A stretch of 64,000 nt of DNA from Blasia pusilla. Lineage: Eukaryota. The notes beneath the pieces are model-generated. The model had not been told where the DNA came from, searched no databases, and saw nothing but the letters and a program-made list of their open reading frames with translations. The DNA lies in assembly GCA_050084515.1 (NCBI GenBank), contig CM114271.1, positions 22,816,001 to 22,880,000 of the forward strand, written 5' to 3'. Position numbers and translations under genes: made by a program. Below are positions 49,751-63,199 of this stretch, in pieces (position 1 is the first letter of the stretch; the number at the start of each line of letters is the position of its first letter).

Positions 49751-52267
49751 CCCGGCCGAACCGAACCGAGCACTTTCGGCGGGGCTCGGGAGTGTTTACT
49801 ACTACTGCCCCAGTGATGACGCTCTCTTGCAGACGACGCCGGCGTCAGCGATTCCATCACTCCCCACCCGCAAGACGACACCCCACGAGCTTTCTCTTGG
49901 CCCGATGACCGAGTCAGCCAAGTTTAGCGACGCGCTCCGTCTGGCGGAGCCGGCAAGCCGCTTCGGTTCCCACTGGCGTTCCGGCCGAAACCACCTCAAA
50001 CCATGCGGGCTGTACCCGGTCTCCACAGCGCTCCGGAGGAACACGAGCCTTCTCCTCACCCAGTGCAGCTGCCAGCGGGGTCTGTCCGGCCGGTTTCCTA
50101 TGGGGAGAAGCCCGGGCACCGGACCGTTCAGGCAGGGTACAGCCGCTCGGCGATGTTGTTCGCTGTCCAACCACCAACACGACCTCTGCGCCAGGCGCCT
50201 TTCTCCGCTACTTCACGTCCGGCCAAGTTAAGCGGAGCGGGGATGGTGCGTTTAGCCGGCGACTTCGGGGCGAGGCCGGAACCTGTTGGGCAGGACTTTC
50301 ACAAGGTGTGCGTTTATCTCCATATACGCCGGTGGCACCATGAAGGCGGCCGTAGAGCTGTGCACGGCACCAATGGCCATGCATACCATGCCAGCTCATC
50401 CTGTCCAATTGACCGGGTTAATTGGACACACGGCTTATCGCCGGTGGTTGTCCTTCGCCCACCGGCAGTAGCCCGGTTTCCTGGGTGGCCACAGTAGTCA
50501 TGCATTCTCCGTTCGAAGTAGTCACCGTTTCATTTTTACCCCGAGACAAAGCTACGGAGAGTGAGAGAGCGAGAGGGGCAGGATCGGATCGGATCCCTAG
50601 AGGTGAGGCACCGATCGATCGAGTTTTCCACGGAGCCGTGTGTGTGTTTGTTGGTGGGGATTAGCCTTCGGTGTCTAGAATTATGCGCTTCTGAGATTTG
50701 AGGGTGTAGCATTCTTCTTGGTTGTGGTCCGAAGAGGAGAAGCTCGTCCGTCACTCGCGAGGAAGAGGATTCTTGCAGCTGAATTGGTCGAGGACACATC
50801 CAACCCTAATCAGGGAGAGCCTCTGGCGGTGGCCGGTTTTGATCACTTTGTGTGCTCGTCCCTCTTCTCCGAAAGCGATATCCGAGGCCTGACAACTTTT
50901 GGCAGAAAATAGGACATGTCCACAGACCGGCTGTCGTGTAATGCAGGCTCTAATGGGAAGCCCGAATGGTGAGTGTCCAGATCTGAGCGGAGTTCGTCTT
51001 GGGGGAGAGTGACACTCGATTGCAGATTGTCTGAGTGAGAGAACTTGGCCATACGCCTTCGTTAGTACTGGTTCGGGGAGGAAAGGGGCTTCCGAGGTTG
51101 ACGGAGAACTGCTTTTACGCCGTTCCCTCATGAAACGAAGCCCGGGACCTGATCTGAATGGAAGTTGTGGAACTCACTGGCAAAGGTGCGACTACGGCAG
51201 ACTGGCGCTCGAGCTTCGGGCTCTCTCTTGATTAGTTGGAATAGGGTGTTGCGACTGCAAGTCGTCGATTCTCAGTTGTAGAATAGAAATTGTTAGCGGT
51301 CTATGAACCATCTGGTCTTCTGTCGCGGAAGAGGTTTGTATACATGCTCCCGTCACCTGCGTCCTCACCTGCGAACAATCATATAATTAGCGTTAAAGAA
51401 GACCTTGTACTTCTAGTGAACGAAGATGAGAATTCTGTCGTGCTGCTCAAAGGCTGCTCGTCACGAGCAGAGAACAGGTAGTGAAAGATACCTAACCTCA
51501 GCAGAATTGTACGCTCTTCCTAGGGCGAGGGACGAGAGATCATGAGTCTTGGCATGCGGCTGTCGCGTTCGTTCGTGGAGCGCTTCACGTTGATTCTATC
51601 GGTCTTCTCCAGGCAGTGATCACAAGGACGCCTTCATCCGATTACTTCCCCAAGGACGGGCAACAACGATGATCTTCTACATTTAGAAACAGATACTTGT
51701 CTGCCACTTTCGACCAAGGGGGTCGACAGTCGAGAAACCATGTTCACGACAGGCGATAAAGGTGGCGGAGTGAGCGTTGGCATATCTGCCTTCGAACGAG
51801 AGCAGGAGAGAGACTAGATCGCTTTTGGCAGAGGCTTTTGTGTGTTGGTAGTCTAACCACCCAGATCCGAGTCTTTGGGGTACTCGTTGGTCTGTGTGAG
51901 CAAGCGGATGCAGTGCAGTTGGCAGCAAAAGATTAGATGCCGGAGCAGGGCTGATGTTTCGCGGAGGCGAGATTGAGGCAGAAGGTGATCGTCGGACACG
52001 CGAAGTGGTCTGGAGTCATAGAAGGTGTAGACGGTGAGATACTGCTGCTGTTACCGTGTTCCTCGAGTTCCCACACCTTGCAGAGACGGCGACGCAGGTG
52101 GTGATAGCGGCTTTTCAAGCGTCGAGGATTGTGCCTTCGTTTACTTGCGCTCGTTTGCTCAGGTGCGGCTTTGAGTCTGGAACATGCGCTTTAACTTGGG
52201 GAATAACGGCTGCAGGGTCTGGCAAGTCTGTTTTCTGGGACGTGTTCAGTCTGTCTAGACGTGCAGG

Positions 52268-55200
52268 ATGGATAGCGATGGTGGCTCCCAAGTTGTTTTG
52301 GACACTTACACCAGGACTAGTCCACCCTTTTCGGCGCACCAGTTCTTCCCCGGAGGTAGAGTTCGTGATAGCATGAATGTGGGGAGACAGGCATCTTTCT
52401 CTCCTCGTGTGTGCTTGGACTCTACATGCGCCAATCCTCAAGCTATGGGGTCGATTGAGCACGGACAATACGGCCACCAGTACAACAGACAGAGGATGGA
52501 ATGGGACATGAACTGGGACTGGGACAGCGTTCTGTTTCTAGCGCAACCTACTGCTCAGGTCGTGCAGGCAAGTGAACGTCCGAGGTATCATCGCAGTGAA
52601 GAGAACGGCAGTGGAAGCAAACATCACTCGACGAACACAGATAGCGTGGATTTGAGACTCGACGGGCTGTCGGCTAGCCCTGAACAAAATGGTTCTAGTG
52701 ATCCTGACGATATTTACATCTCTGAGCGGAGACGAAAGAGTCACTTGGGGTTGCAGGAAAATGGTTATGCGACACAGTCCGACAGGACACAGCCTTTCTT
52801 GAGAGATGGGTCATCTCCAGAAGAAGATGCGGAATCGTTGAGCCTGAAATTGGGTGGACATTCCTACGCCTTCTCAGATGATGCAGGCAATGGTTCGCGG
52901 AATGCCAAGCGCTATCGGTCATCTTCTCCGGTGCCGCAATTTCCTATGTGTCAAGTTGATGATTGTAAAGCTGATTTGAGCCATGCGAAGGATTATCACC
53001 GTCGCCACAAGGTTTGTGAAGTGCACGCAAAAGCCGTGAAAGCTCTAGTTTCTCGCCTTATGCAGCGCTTCTGTCAGCAGTGCAGCAGGTCAGTTTACCT
53101 CTCTATTTCACTCTGAACTTTCTGTGGATGTTCGCGAACTGCGCCTATGGAGGGTGCATGTATTGTAGACGTGGAGCAACTTATTGCCGTTAAGCTTTGA
53201 TAGAAACTCTCTTGTTGGTTGGTGTTGTAGTATGTCATGACATATTCTTGGTTACAAACGCAGATTCCATCCTCTGACCGAATTTGACGAAGGAAAACGG
53301 AGTTGTCGCCGGCGCTTGGCTGGTCACAATCGACGAAGGAGAAAAAATCAGCCTGATCCGGTGGCTGGCAGAGCATATGGAAATGGTGAAGAGAATGGAA
53401 CTGGAAAAGCTGCAGGCCTACTTGGTTTCCTGAACATTTTGTCTCAGCTTCAAGGTAAGGAGCCCATTTCTGGCTGATGAGGGAGCCTGTTACAAGGCAT
53501 CAGATTGAAATCGTTATGATGCACTACTGCCAATCTGTCGTTTGTTCTGCACTTGGATGGTTTGTTTTTGTTTCGGCTTATTTACTATTGGAGCTTGTAT
53601 TGCCACTATCCTTTGATAGTGGCATGGCATGTCACCTTGCAATGCTTTGTATTTAAGGAGGAGGATGTATGACCACATGACACAATTGCTTGATACGTTG
53701 TCTTCAGGCAATAGGTATTAAGTTCGTAACTGCTCTTATGTCCATGATGTACACTGTATCTCGGGTGTCCATGAATCCTGCTAACGAGACTAGCGCTTGT
53801 CTATACTCAGCCGCAAATTCAGTGGGAGCGTTGAATGGAGTGACAAATGATCAAAACGCCCTTCTTAAGCTATTGAAAAGAGGTTCAACCTCTCCTTCAT
53901 GTCTTGACAATCTGAGCGCTGCAGCCCTGGCTAACCTTCTGAAGCGACATGGAGTTTCTTTGGAGAATGGAAGACCCGATTTAAAGCCTCAGTCGAGTCC
54001 CCCAAATGACCCTGCTCTTGCAGAAAGAGAGGCCCTACTATCTGCTTTGGCGGCCCCAGCAACAACTGAGGCACTATCACTCTTGTTGCAGACTAGCATA
54101 AGAGAGCAACTGACATCTGCAATAATGAAAGTTGCTGAATCACCCTTGTCCCATATCGGGCACAGTAGTGGCACTAGCTCCCTGCCTACTTCGTCTCCTG
54201 GGGCAAGAATTCCAGATAAAGAAGTTGAACGTTCGCATCGTCCCCCCTTTCCTTTGTCTTCTCCAATGGCTGCTAGGCCTCTCGGAGTAAATAACCTGGC
54301 ATCATCTTCTAGGTCTAACAGCATTCGCCAGCAAATTGTTGTGGAGAGTGCTGTTCACCGGGGTGATCAATTACAGACAGACTCGCTACCAGGACAGGTT
54401 TCATCGGATGCAGTGGTACAGAGGTTGTTTCCTCTTACACAAACCTCAGAATATAAAAGCAATGGAAATGGGAAATTAGATGTTAATAGGGGAGATGATG
54501 GAGCAACAGAATCAAACTCAGAAGATGTGGAGGTCCCAGCATCAGTGATGACCTTTCTGGAAAGTCAAGATCCGAGAATGTTACAGGAGGTTGTATCACA
54601 CCACCATTCACGCCCTTTCATTGATCTGCAACAACCGCCACCGCAGAGCATGAATGAAAGTTCACCATCTGGATCGGATCAATCCCCTTCAAGTTCTTCT
54701 GATTGGCAGGTACACTTTGCTCCAAACTGCAGATGGGAAACCATCTTGTTATCATTGTACTAGCATGTACTAAATTGACTTTCAATTAGTTGTAGTGTTT
54801 GGAGTAATGGTTAAAGTTGGCCGAGGCATTATGCCCCACTAAATTTTGGAGTGTGTAACAAAGATAATGTTTCGCGTCAGTACTTTTCTCTTTGTTGTGA
54901 AAAGTCAATGCAAATGACAGGTATTATTACCTCTTACTTAGTCACTGGTCATGACACTTTGGTGGAATCCAAGAAATCATATTAGAATACTAATTAAGAT
55001 TCTCTTCTTGAAATCAGGACCGCACTGGTAGGATAACATTCAAGTTATTTGACAAGGATCCTGGGGATCTCCCTCTTGTATTACGGAAGCAGGTATGTTT
55101 TACATGGCAGTTGCAAAGCCATCCTGCCAAAAGCTGGTTGCCTTTGTGCCTAAGTCTTTGTCAGTGCAGACCAGTATACAAGATGCTGTAAATTAATGTT

Positions 55201-58065
55201 TTTGGATCTCTTGGACAAGATGCTGTAAAGTACTGTTCTTTGATCTCTTGGATATGGTGCTGTAAAGAACTGCTTTTGAATTTTATATGATACTGTCTTT
55301 ATCTCCGGGTCGCAGATATTTGATTGGCTTGCCCATAGACCATCAGACATGGAGTCTTATATTCGTCCTGGCTGTGTGGTTCTCTCAATTTTCCTATCCA
55401 TGCCTAAATCGGCTTGGGAAGAGGTATGTTTATGAAGTTGATGCTTCTTTTAGATGTTCTTCAATTTCACCCTGCCAAAATGATGGGCTCTTAGTTGCTT
55501 ACGTGATGGTGAGGGGTCGCTGTCCTTGAAGGCATGTAGCTCAATTTCGGTCTTTGTAATTTAAAAAAAAAATATTTCAAGTGTTTTGATTTGAGAATGA
55601 CAGCACCTGCTTTCTAGTTGTGACTTCCAGTGAGGGAGTAAAGTTTCTGTCTCAAGTGTTACCGTGAGAATATGCCAGAGAAGAACCGAAAGAGTAAACT
55701 GGAATCTGCTGTCACGGGTTTGAAATTTTGTGGTTACTTCTTTCAAATTTGCAGTTAGAGAGGAATATGCAGACCAGCCTACGAAAGCTCACTTCCAGTG
55801 GCGAATTTTGGCGCAAGGGTCGCATCCATGTTCAATTGGAAAGACGAAATGCCTTGATTGTTGATGGTGAGTGCTCTTTTCGATTTCGTGATTGATCTGC
55901 TTCTTATTTCTGGAAACTGACTTTCCGGTTGGTTTTCTGGAGGGTTGCAGATAATAACCATGTAATTTATGTTGCAGGTAGGATACACATAAATAAGTGT
56001 ACATTGCCACCAAACGCCGCACAGATTCTTTCAGTCCGACCTTTTGCAGTCGTGGCTGGCCAAAGAACAGCTATCACTCTAAGGGGATCTAATATCAAAC
56101 TATCTGGGACAAGGTAATTTCTAGTAAAAGTTTATAGATAGGAACCATGTACTGGTACAATTTGAGAGTCAGCTTGAAGTGATGTTTTCTTGTGATCTCT
56201 TCGATGGAGGGTATTTGTAGATAATTCTGGAAATGAACGTCAATACTGATTTATGGTACATTTGTCAGAAGGAAAGAGTATTTAAGTCTTGCTTCCTCTT
56301 GCTTGTAGAACTGTTTTGACTGAGAAGGTGTCCACTAATTTGGAATATGAACTTTCAGGATCTTTTGTGCATACCAAGGGAAATATGTGGATGGGCTACA
56401 GTTGGTTGATGAACAGCAAGGGCTGGAAGGACCTGTCTTGGATTCTCCTCCTGAGCACTTGGCTGACCAGGAAGAGTGCAAGATCGCCTTCTGGGGTGGA
56501 CTCCCTAGTGTCGTGGGTCGCTGCTTTGTAGAGGTGAGATGTTGGGTGGGTATTTTCATCATGATATAGTTGACAGGTCATGGGTCATTTCACATTGTGT
56601 TAATATGGTGTATCTGTTTTATCAAGTACATTGGAATTTTCCTATCTCTGGTGAATATGTGGTTTCTTACAATTTCCTTGCATCATGAGCAGGTGGAAAG
56701 GACAAGTGGTGGGCATGCACTGCCAGTCATTGTGGCCAATAAACTTGTTTGTGCGGAGCTTCAAACATTGGAGAATGAGATCGAAACCCAATGTTTGGTT
56801 GCAGCTGAAGAAGCTAAAAGGAGTGGGCTACAACCAGAAGAAATATCTCATCAAACGCATGTCATGCGAGTCATCGCAGAAATGGAAGTGAGGAATTTCC
56901 TAAATGAGCTGGGTTGGCTTTTTCAAAAAAGTCAAGTACTGTCTCCGTTGACCGATGTTCCAAAATTGTCGCCCTCCCGACAAAAGCGTCTTCTCATATA
57001 TGCGGTGGAGAGAGACTGGTGCGCTGTGGTCAACAAAGTTCTGGATATCATTTTTGGACTCGTATTGGGAGCCAGTGAGCAAATATTGACTGGTCTGGTG
57101 GAGATTTTTGAAGACGAGACTAGTCTCCTGCATAGAGCTGTTAAAAGGAACTGCAGAGCTATGGTGGAGTTGCTTGTGGCCTACGTCCCTTACTCCGGTG
57201 CAGATACTGGTAATATGGGTGCGAAAAAATTTCTTGAGGGCATATCAAAGCACGGGTCACAGCACAGATCCATTTTCACTCCTGATATGCCAGGTCCTGA
57301 AGGTTTCACGCCATTACACATCGCTGCTAGCATGAAAGGTGCTGAAGGAGTTATCGATGCACTGACAAACGACCCTAATCATGTAAGTGATAGTTTGATG
57401 ATGTGATTTAGTGTTTCCAAATATATTTTAATTAATTACCAGTCACAGGATGTGACCTCAAAGGAATAGGCGTTTTAGAGTGTGATTGAGATGTACCATG
57501 GTCTGTTTTGTCAAGAATGCTATTTTGCAGTTGACAAAGAATTGTTAACTTGCAGCATTGTTGCTCAGCTAATGATTTATGCCTGTGTTTCCAGATTGGC
57601 TTACACACTTGGTTAAATGTTAAAAATTCTATGGGTGAAAGTCCTTGCTCTTGTGCCATCGCCAACCAGCAATTCTCCTATGTGCGGTTGGTAACAATCA
57701 AGCTTGGCAGGAGGGAAGGCCAAGTGTCAATTACCATACCTGCCGGACCTGGGACAGGTGTTATGGATGGCACCAAGCATGCTGCAAATATCTCTTCCCC
57801 AGTGGACCTTCCATTGTGGTCGAACAGGGCTTCATTGAGAGTGGAGAATGGTGTTGCGGCAAGACTGGTCAATCCTCATTCTTGTAGGCCCATCAGGTCT
57901 TCCTTAAATGGGTATAGAGGGTCCATGTACAGGCCCTTCATGTTGTCAATGGTTGCCATTGCAGCTGTGTGTGTGTGCGTCTGTGTTGTGATGAAGACTC
58001 CCCCTATGCTGAAGGATATTCTACCCCGATTTTCATGGCACAGAGTGAAGTATGGTTTTCAATAG
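52268..58065 (+). CDS. SPL: SQUAMOSA promoter-binding-like protein, SPL1/12/14/16 clade (SBP domain, IRPGC domain, ankyrin repeats, C-terminal TM helix), ~1225 aa
   Basis: Ten GT-AG exons join in frame (3678 nt): 52268-53088, 53264-53454, 53811-54709, 55018-55092, 55316-55423, 55755-55866, 55978-56113, 56359-56533, 56693-57382, 57595-58065. Motifs: [111 protein letters not shown]. Confidence 0.95.
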
Positions 58066-59528
58066 GGTCGTAGAGATAGATGCAGCAGGAAGAAGAGAAT
58101 CAAACCCTCATTTGTTACAATCCATTCTTACACATTAGTTTAAATTTGTCAAGGGGGTTTTTCTTCCGTACCACTTGACAGCTGCCTGTATTCACGTTCA
58201 TAGCTGTCTCTAACACATTACTCAACTTCCAGAGTGCGTAAGTTTCAATGAAGGGTGTGAAAGATCCAGGTTAATGTTAGCTGTATTGTGATCTGTGGTC
58301 TGCCACTGCTTGTGGTCTCCCAGTGCGCAAGAGATCCTCTGTGTCTGAGGGATCGAATATATTTATGTAGCATCAGTGTACATTTGTAAGAGAACTTTTG
58401 TGTTGTAGGAGCCCAAATCAAAGGTGTAACTGAACTAAGCAGTTGAGCCTTAGCAGTCTCTGGTGAGAGGAAGTACTGCAATTTTGTACAGTCCTTCCTC
58501 TTCATTGCTATGCCGGAAAGCACATTACTAATTTTGCTCCCTTGGTTCACGTATACAATGGACTAAATTTTTTTTGCATGGTTGGGTCCTTTTCTGTGTA
58601 CCTTGCATGGAGTCCAGAAGGTGCCTTTTCCATTTTGGGTTTCCATTGTAATGTTTTATAGAGTGTTGCTCATTCTGGTCTATTGAATAAATTTGCCTGC
58701 ATGGATAGATGGCTCTTTGATGGTTCTCCATTTTTATAAGTCACATTTCTAACTCTTCCCTTGGGTCCTGGATGGGTCAAGGTCCTCCCATTGAACAGGT
58801 TTGAACTTTATGTTGCAACATTAGTATAATTGCTTGATCTCATGGGCAAGAGAATTCCTGTCCTGTTGGCATCTCATGTCAAGGATTGACACAATAGTTT
58901 GTCTGCCCATCAATGCGTCCTTTGGGAGCTGATATCAATCTTGACTTGTGTCTGGGATTCACAAAGACGTAACTCACAGCATGCCCTCTTAAGAAATCTC
59001 TTTTCAAACCCTGGCCTCCACCATAAGGATTACACAAGCTGAAACCACATAAGCTGAAATCTGTGGAAGACCCACAGAAAATTGATCAAGAGCGCCTGGC
59101 TTCCACCATCAGGGATCAAATACCTGAGACTGAGAAAGATTCACTGCGGAAGTCCTCGCAAGTTCTGTGGTCCCCGTGAGTTCCATGGCAATGCGACGCT
59201 CCTATTCATGTGAAACAGTACTTTGGTTTAAGGTATACCGGGACTTGGTGCTACATCTCTACGACCATATATGAACTGAAATTTGGTGTTTTCCTTTGCT
59301 GTGCCGTATAGATCAGACCATAGAGTGGCCACATTGCAGACTCTGCTTGTGAAGCTGCCTGTCAAGTGAGTCCACACATGTTGTGGTCGCTGAGCCCTAG
59401 CCATTGGCGAAGATGTAAGGTTTCTTCAAACTTGTCCAAAGAAGGTTGTTCGAAGAACTTCGATTGTGTGAACTACCTAAAAGAGCTAAGGGTACTTGTT
59501 TCCCATACGAATTTTTCACATGTGCATT

Positions 59529-59661
59529 GATTCTAGTACAAATTATGAACAAGAATTAGAATATAGACTTTTCAGTACATAAACACTAGTGAGCAGGATT
59601 CTAGTACAAATTATGAACAAGAAGAAATAGAATATAGACTCTTAAATACATAAACATTGGT
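59529..59661. repeat. ~68-bp tandem duplication
   Basis: GATTCTAGTACAAATTATGAACAAGAA...TAGAATATAGACT...TACATAAACA occurs twice (59529, 59597). Confidence 0.85.
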
Positions 59662-60120
59662 TGTGAACAACCTCTTATAATTAATTTTCAAGTGTCATTT
59701 AAAACCAATTTTAAATTATCCTATTGGGTCATAAGATGAACAATCTTGTTCGTTGAAATTGCCAAGTGTCAAGATGAGAAGAGTTTGCAAAATGAAGGGG
59801 CATTCTCCAGAAAAAATATAGAGGGTGGCCTGTGAGCATATCTTTTGGTGTACAATTGTTTGGCATGTCCTATTGCACCCGTTCTAGAAACATCGGTCTA
59901 CAATATCTCAAACTTTTCAATAAATCAACCCGTTTCCTTATTTGTGGTAATAAATTCCTAGGCACGGGTGGTCAGGCCTATGGAACGCTTTGTGTGAATC
60001 AAGTAGTCCATGGGAAAACATCTCTTGGGCTGTTTGTACTACTAACGCTTGGCTCTTAATGAAATCCTAGTTCTTATAATTGTGCCCCGAAGGTAAGTAT
60101 GTATTTGCAAACTGTAGATA

Positions 60121-60150
60121 CTAGTTAGCATGCTCGTGCTACGCACGAAA
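60121..60150 (-). mobile_element. Helitron-like 3' terminus
   Basis: A|CTAG at 60121 followed by hairpin TCGTGC-tac-GCACGA (60134-60148). Shares AGATACTAGTTAG with the terminus at 487-499. Confidence 0.55.
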
Positions 60151-60208
60151 AGAGATATTATTGTAAAAAATTATTAGAAAAAAATGAAATTAAAGAGGGG
60201 ACATTCTT

Positions 60209-60650
60209 TTTTAACCCACTCCTCACATACATAAAATCACCACTAAGCCACTACCCCATAAATATAATCCTCATCAATCAAACTAAATCTCGCTACTTCC
60301 TACACTAATTACTAACCAATTTTTAACCCACTCTTTACATACATAAAATCACCACTAAACCACTCCCCCATAAATATAACCCCACCAATCAAATTAAATC
60401 CCACTACTTCCTGCAATAATTATTACTTAGCTTTAACCCATTCCTCTCATACATAAGATCACCACTAAATCACTCTTCCATAACTATAACCCTCACCGGT
60501 CAAATTAAATCCCACTACTTTCTCCAATAATTACTACTAAGTTTTAACTCATTCTTCACATGCATAAAATTACCACTAAACCAATCTCCCATAAATATAA
60601 CTCCCACTAACCAAATTAAACCCCATTACTTCCTACAATAATTACTATCC
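60209..60650. repeat. Four-unit ~111-bp tandem repeat (Helitron-internal minisatellite-like)
   Basis: Units beginning TTTAACCCACTC..CATACATAAAATCACCACTAA.. at ~60209, 60321, 60432 and 60542. Confidence 0.9.
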
Positions 60651-61519
60651 AAAAATTTTCATTTCTTCTTAAACCCATAGCAAGTTACAAAATGAATACA
60701 TGAAAGAAAAAATAGTAACATGTTACTATCTTATCCTATTATGGTTGCTATCTTGTCATATTTTACTTGTGGGGTTACGCATTATGGTATGGATGGTATG
60801 ACATTGGAGTAGTCAAATGTCGGATATACATGATTGTATGCACCCTTTGTCCCATAAGCATGCCCCATCTCAACCTTAATCTCTCAAAAACTATTCTATT
60901 CTCACTACAATAAAATATCCTAAATGATTCAATCTCATGAAATTTGAACTCGCTTGCAACTTCATTTGCTTGACTAAAGGTTCAATGTCTCAAGGCCATG
61001 AAGGTTGCGACGTCCCCATCCAATTCATTTGTTGCACTAAATCAATCTTGGCTTATATATTTGGAAGAATTTGGGCAGCTCTCCAACCAACCCATAAATT
61101 CATTTATTACTACTACTAGTTCTATGTCGTAGCACGAGCATGAAGTATCTAAAGAGAGGCCTTTTTTTCCTACCCAGTAAACCTTTATAAATATCCCACT
61201 CCTCCACTGCTTGGTCCCACATAATTTCTTGTCCTTTGTTACATTATCCACTTCTCTTCTTTAAAGGAGAAGTACTATTTCCTTAATAAATACCCACTTC
61301 TCACTAAGAATAATACTTACTCCTCCACTTATTGAGGAATACCAAATAATTCTTTATGACCACTTCTCTTTTCCTCTAAAATTCAAACACAGCCTCTCTC
61401 CCTCCCCCTAAAAGATACACCCACCATAGCGTTAAGAGGCACCTCATGTAAGTATATTACTATTTTGTTATATTGTACATGTCATGTTCACAATAACCAT
61501 GTATATAATTACTTATTGC

Positions 61520-61821
61520 CATGGTTGTATAGAAAAGTCCGTCCCTAAGATGGACATGGACGGAAAATTTTGGACATGTCCACGGACATGCATTATAAGA
61601 GGTGGACCCCACACTTAAAGTTTTTGATGGAAAGTAGGGCTAGGCCGAGTGGGGCAATAAGGGGGGAGGTAGTGGGGGTGGAGGGAGTAAGAAATGAAAA
61701 AGTATGGAATATGAAGGCAAATGGGGGAAATGAGAAAGAAAGAGAGCGGGTGAGGCCTACATGGACAAGTCCTTCTATAAGACGGACGTAAGTCCACGAA
61801 ATTTGTTCATATGCAACCTTG
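61520..61821 (+). mobile_element. hAT-type MITE, family copy 3, with intact 8-bp TSD
   Basis: CTTATTGC|CATGGTTGTAT...ATGCAACCTTG|CTTATTGC: a perfect 8-bp TSD (61512-61519, 61822-61829) and imperfect TIRs; 302 bp. Confidence 0.85.
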
Positions 61822-62772
61822 CTTATTGCGCCCCTTGATAGGGCTATCTTTTACTTCTCCCTCGAAATTTCCTACAACATACCTCTACAAGGCATACCTC
61901 ACATATGTATGCCAACTAGGTTTCTAAGCGATAAAACTCAATTTCAGCAAGCAATGACATTCACATTGGGATGATTAAGGCTGATCAAAGTAACCTTGTT
62001 CATATTATGGTGGTTTCGTGCTGAATTTTCCAAGATATAGTAGGGGTCTACTCTTTATCCTTTGCTTAAACGCTATAGCTTGGTTTGTGTTCATACATTT
62101 ATGCTCTGATTAAATTTTAGAGTGTGTGGAAGGAAAAAAGCATACGAAGGAGTCTTCATCATTTTTCAACATTCAATCTATGACTTGAGGTAAAAAATTC
62201 CTGCATGTACATGTGCATCTCTATAAGGACACAAATTTCATACCACTACTTTTTTCCTTCAAGTTTTGAAAGTTCATGCTTATCATTAGGAGGAAAAAAA
62301 ACCTAAATTTTTTTTTTGTGGATTAGAGCCATTTCTTTTGTGTTTTTGCCCATTTTAAGAACCTAATTTGTATTCCAATTTCTTGAGAAAAGGTTCAGCT
62401 CCCATGAATTTAGGTTCTCGGATCCAAACTCTAGATTCTAATTCCCTTGTATAAACTACCACAACTTTACTCTGTAGTGATGTAGAATTTGGGGTGAAAG
62501 GTGGAATTCCAAATGAAGATAGACTTGTCTTCCCCAAGTAAAGTTAATTGTAAATAAATCATTCTCCATTCATTTTTGTGCAAATTTTCGTCTTTGTAAG
62601 TGTAGATTCCTTTTTGAAATTGCAGATTTTCTATACTAACACATTCAATTTGAGTCAAACAAAAGCAGGAGTAAAATAATTAGAAATATCTCATATTTTA
62701 GAGGACTGGTAAGACCCTACATTCAATCTTATGACATTATTTCTACATCTTTGGTTGACTTCGATGATCTAC

Positions 62773-63199
62773 TAGCTTGCAGGAAATAGAAAAGTCCATA
62801 TATGTCCATAGACATGTCGGTCGAGTACTTGCGGTCTGCATCCGAGCTCGCCCCTGAGCTCGCCAAGCTCCTCGCGTAGACTCAAGTTGGCCGAGCCTGC
62901 ATCCATTTTGTGGCCCGTGGAAATCCTACAACCAAGCTTGCATGGTAAGATGAGGGCCCACCGCAGTCGAGCCCAAGCCCGCGTGCGCCCTTGACCCGCC
63001 CTATGGACCTTGAGCCTGCCATGGAGGCCTGGTTACGGGCCTATCATAGGTTGCGTACTGGCCACAAAATGGGTACGAGCTTGGTCAGCCCAAGTCTACG
63101 CGACGGGCTGGGGTGTGGGCCACGAGTTCTTGGGCCCCCATCCAAGCATAAGAATGGACATAAGTCCGTAGACAGGGACTTTGTCCATTTGCAACCCTA
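62773..63199 (+). mobile_element. Related hAT-MITE with a different GC-rich core
   Basis: The right end GGACATAAGTCCGTAGACAGGGACTTTGTCCATTTGCAACCCTA and the left ATAGAAAAGTCC..GACATGTC match the family's subterminal motifs. No clear TSD. Confidence 0.45.

Noticed and set aside
52268..58300. miR156/miR529 target site in the SPL gene
   Set aside because: I did not see GTGCTCTCTCTCTTCTGTCA or a close variant, which is consistent with the SPL1/12/14/16 clade.
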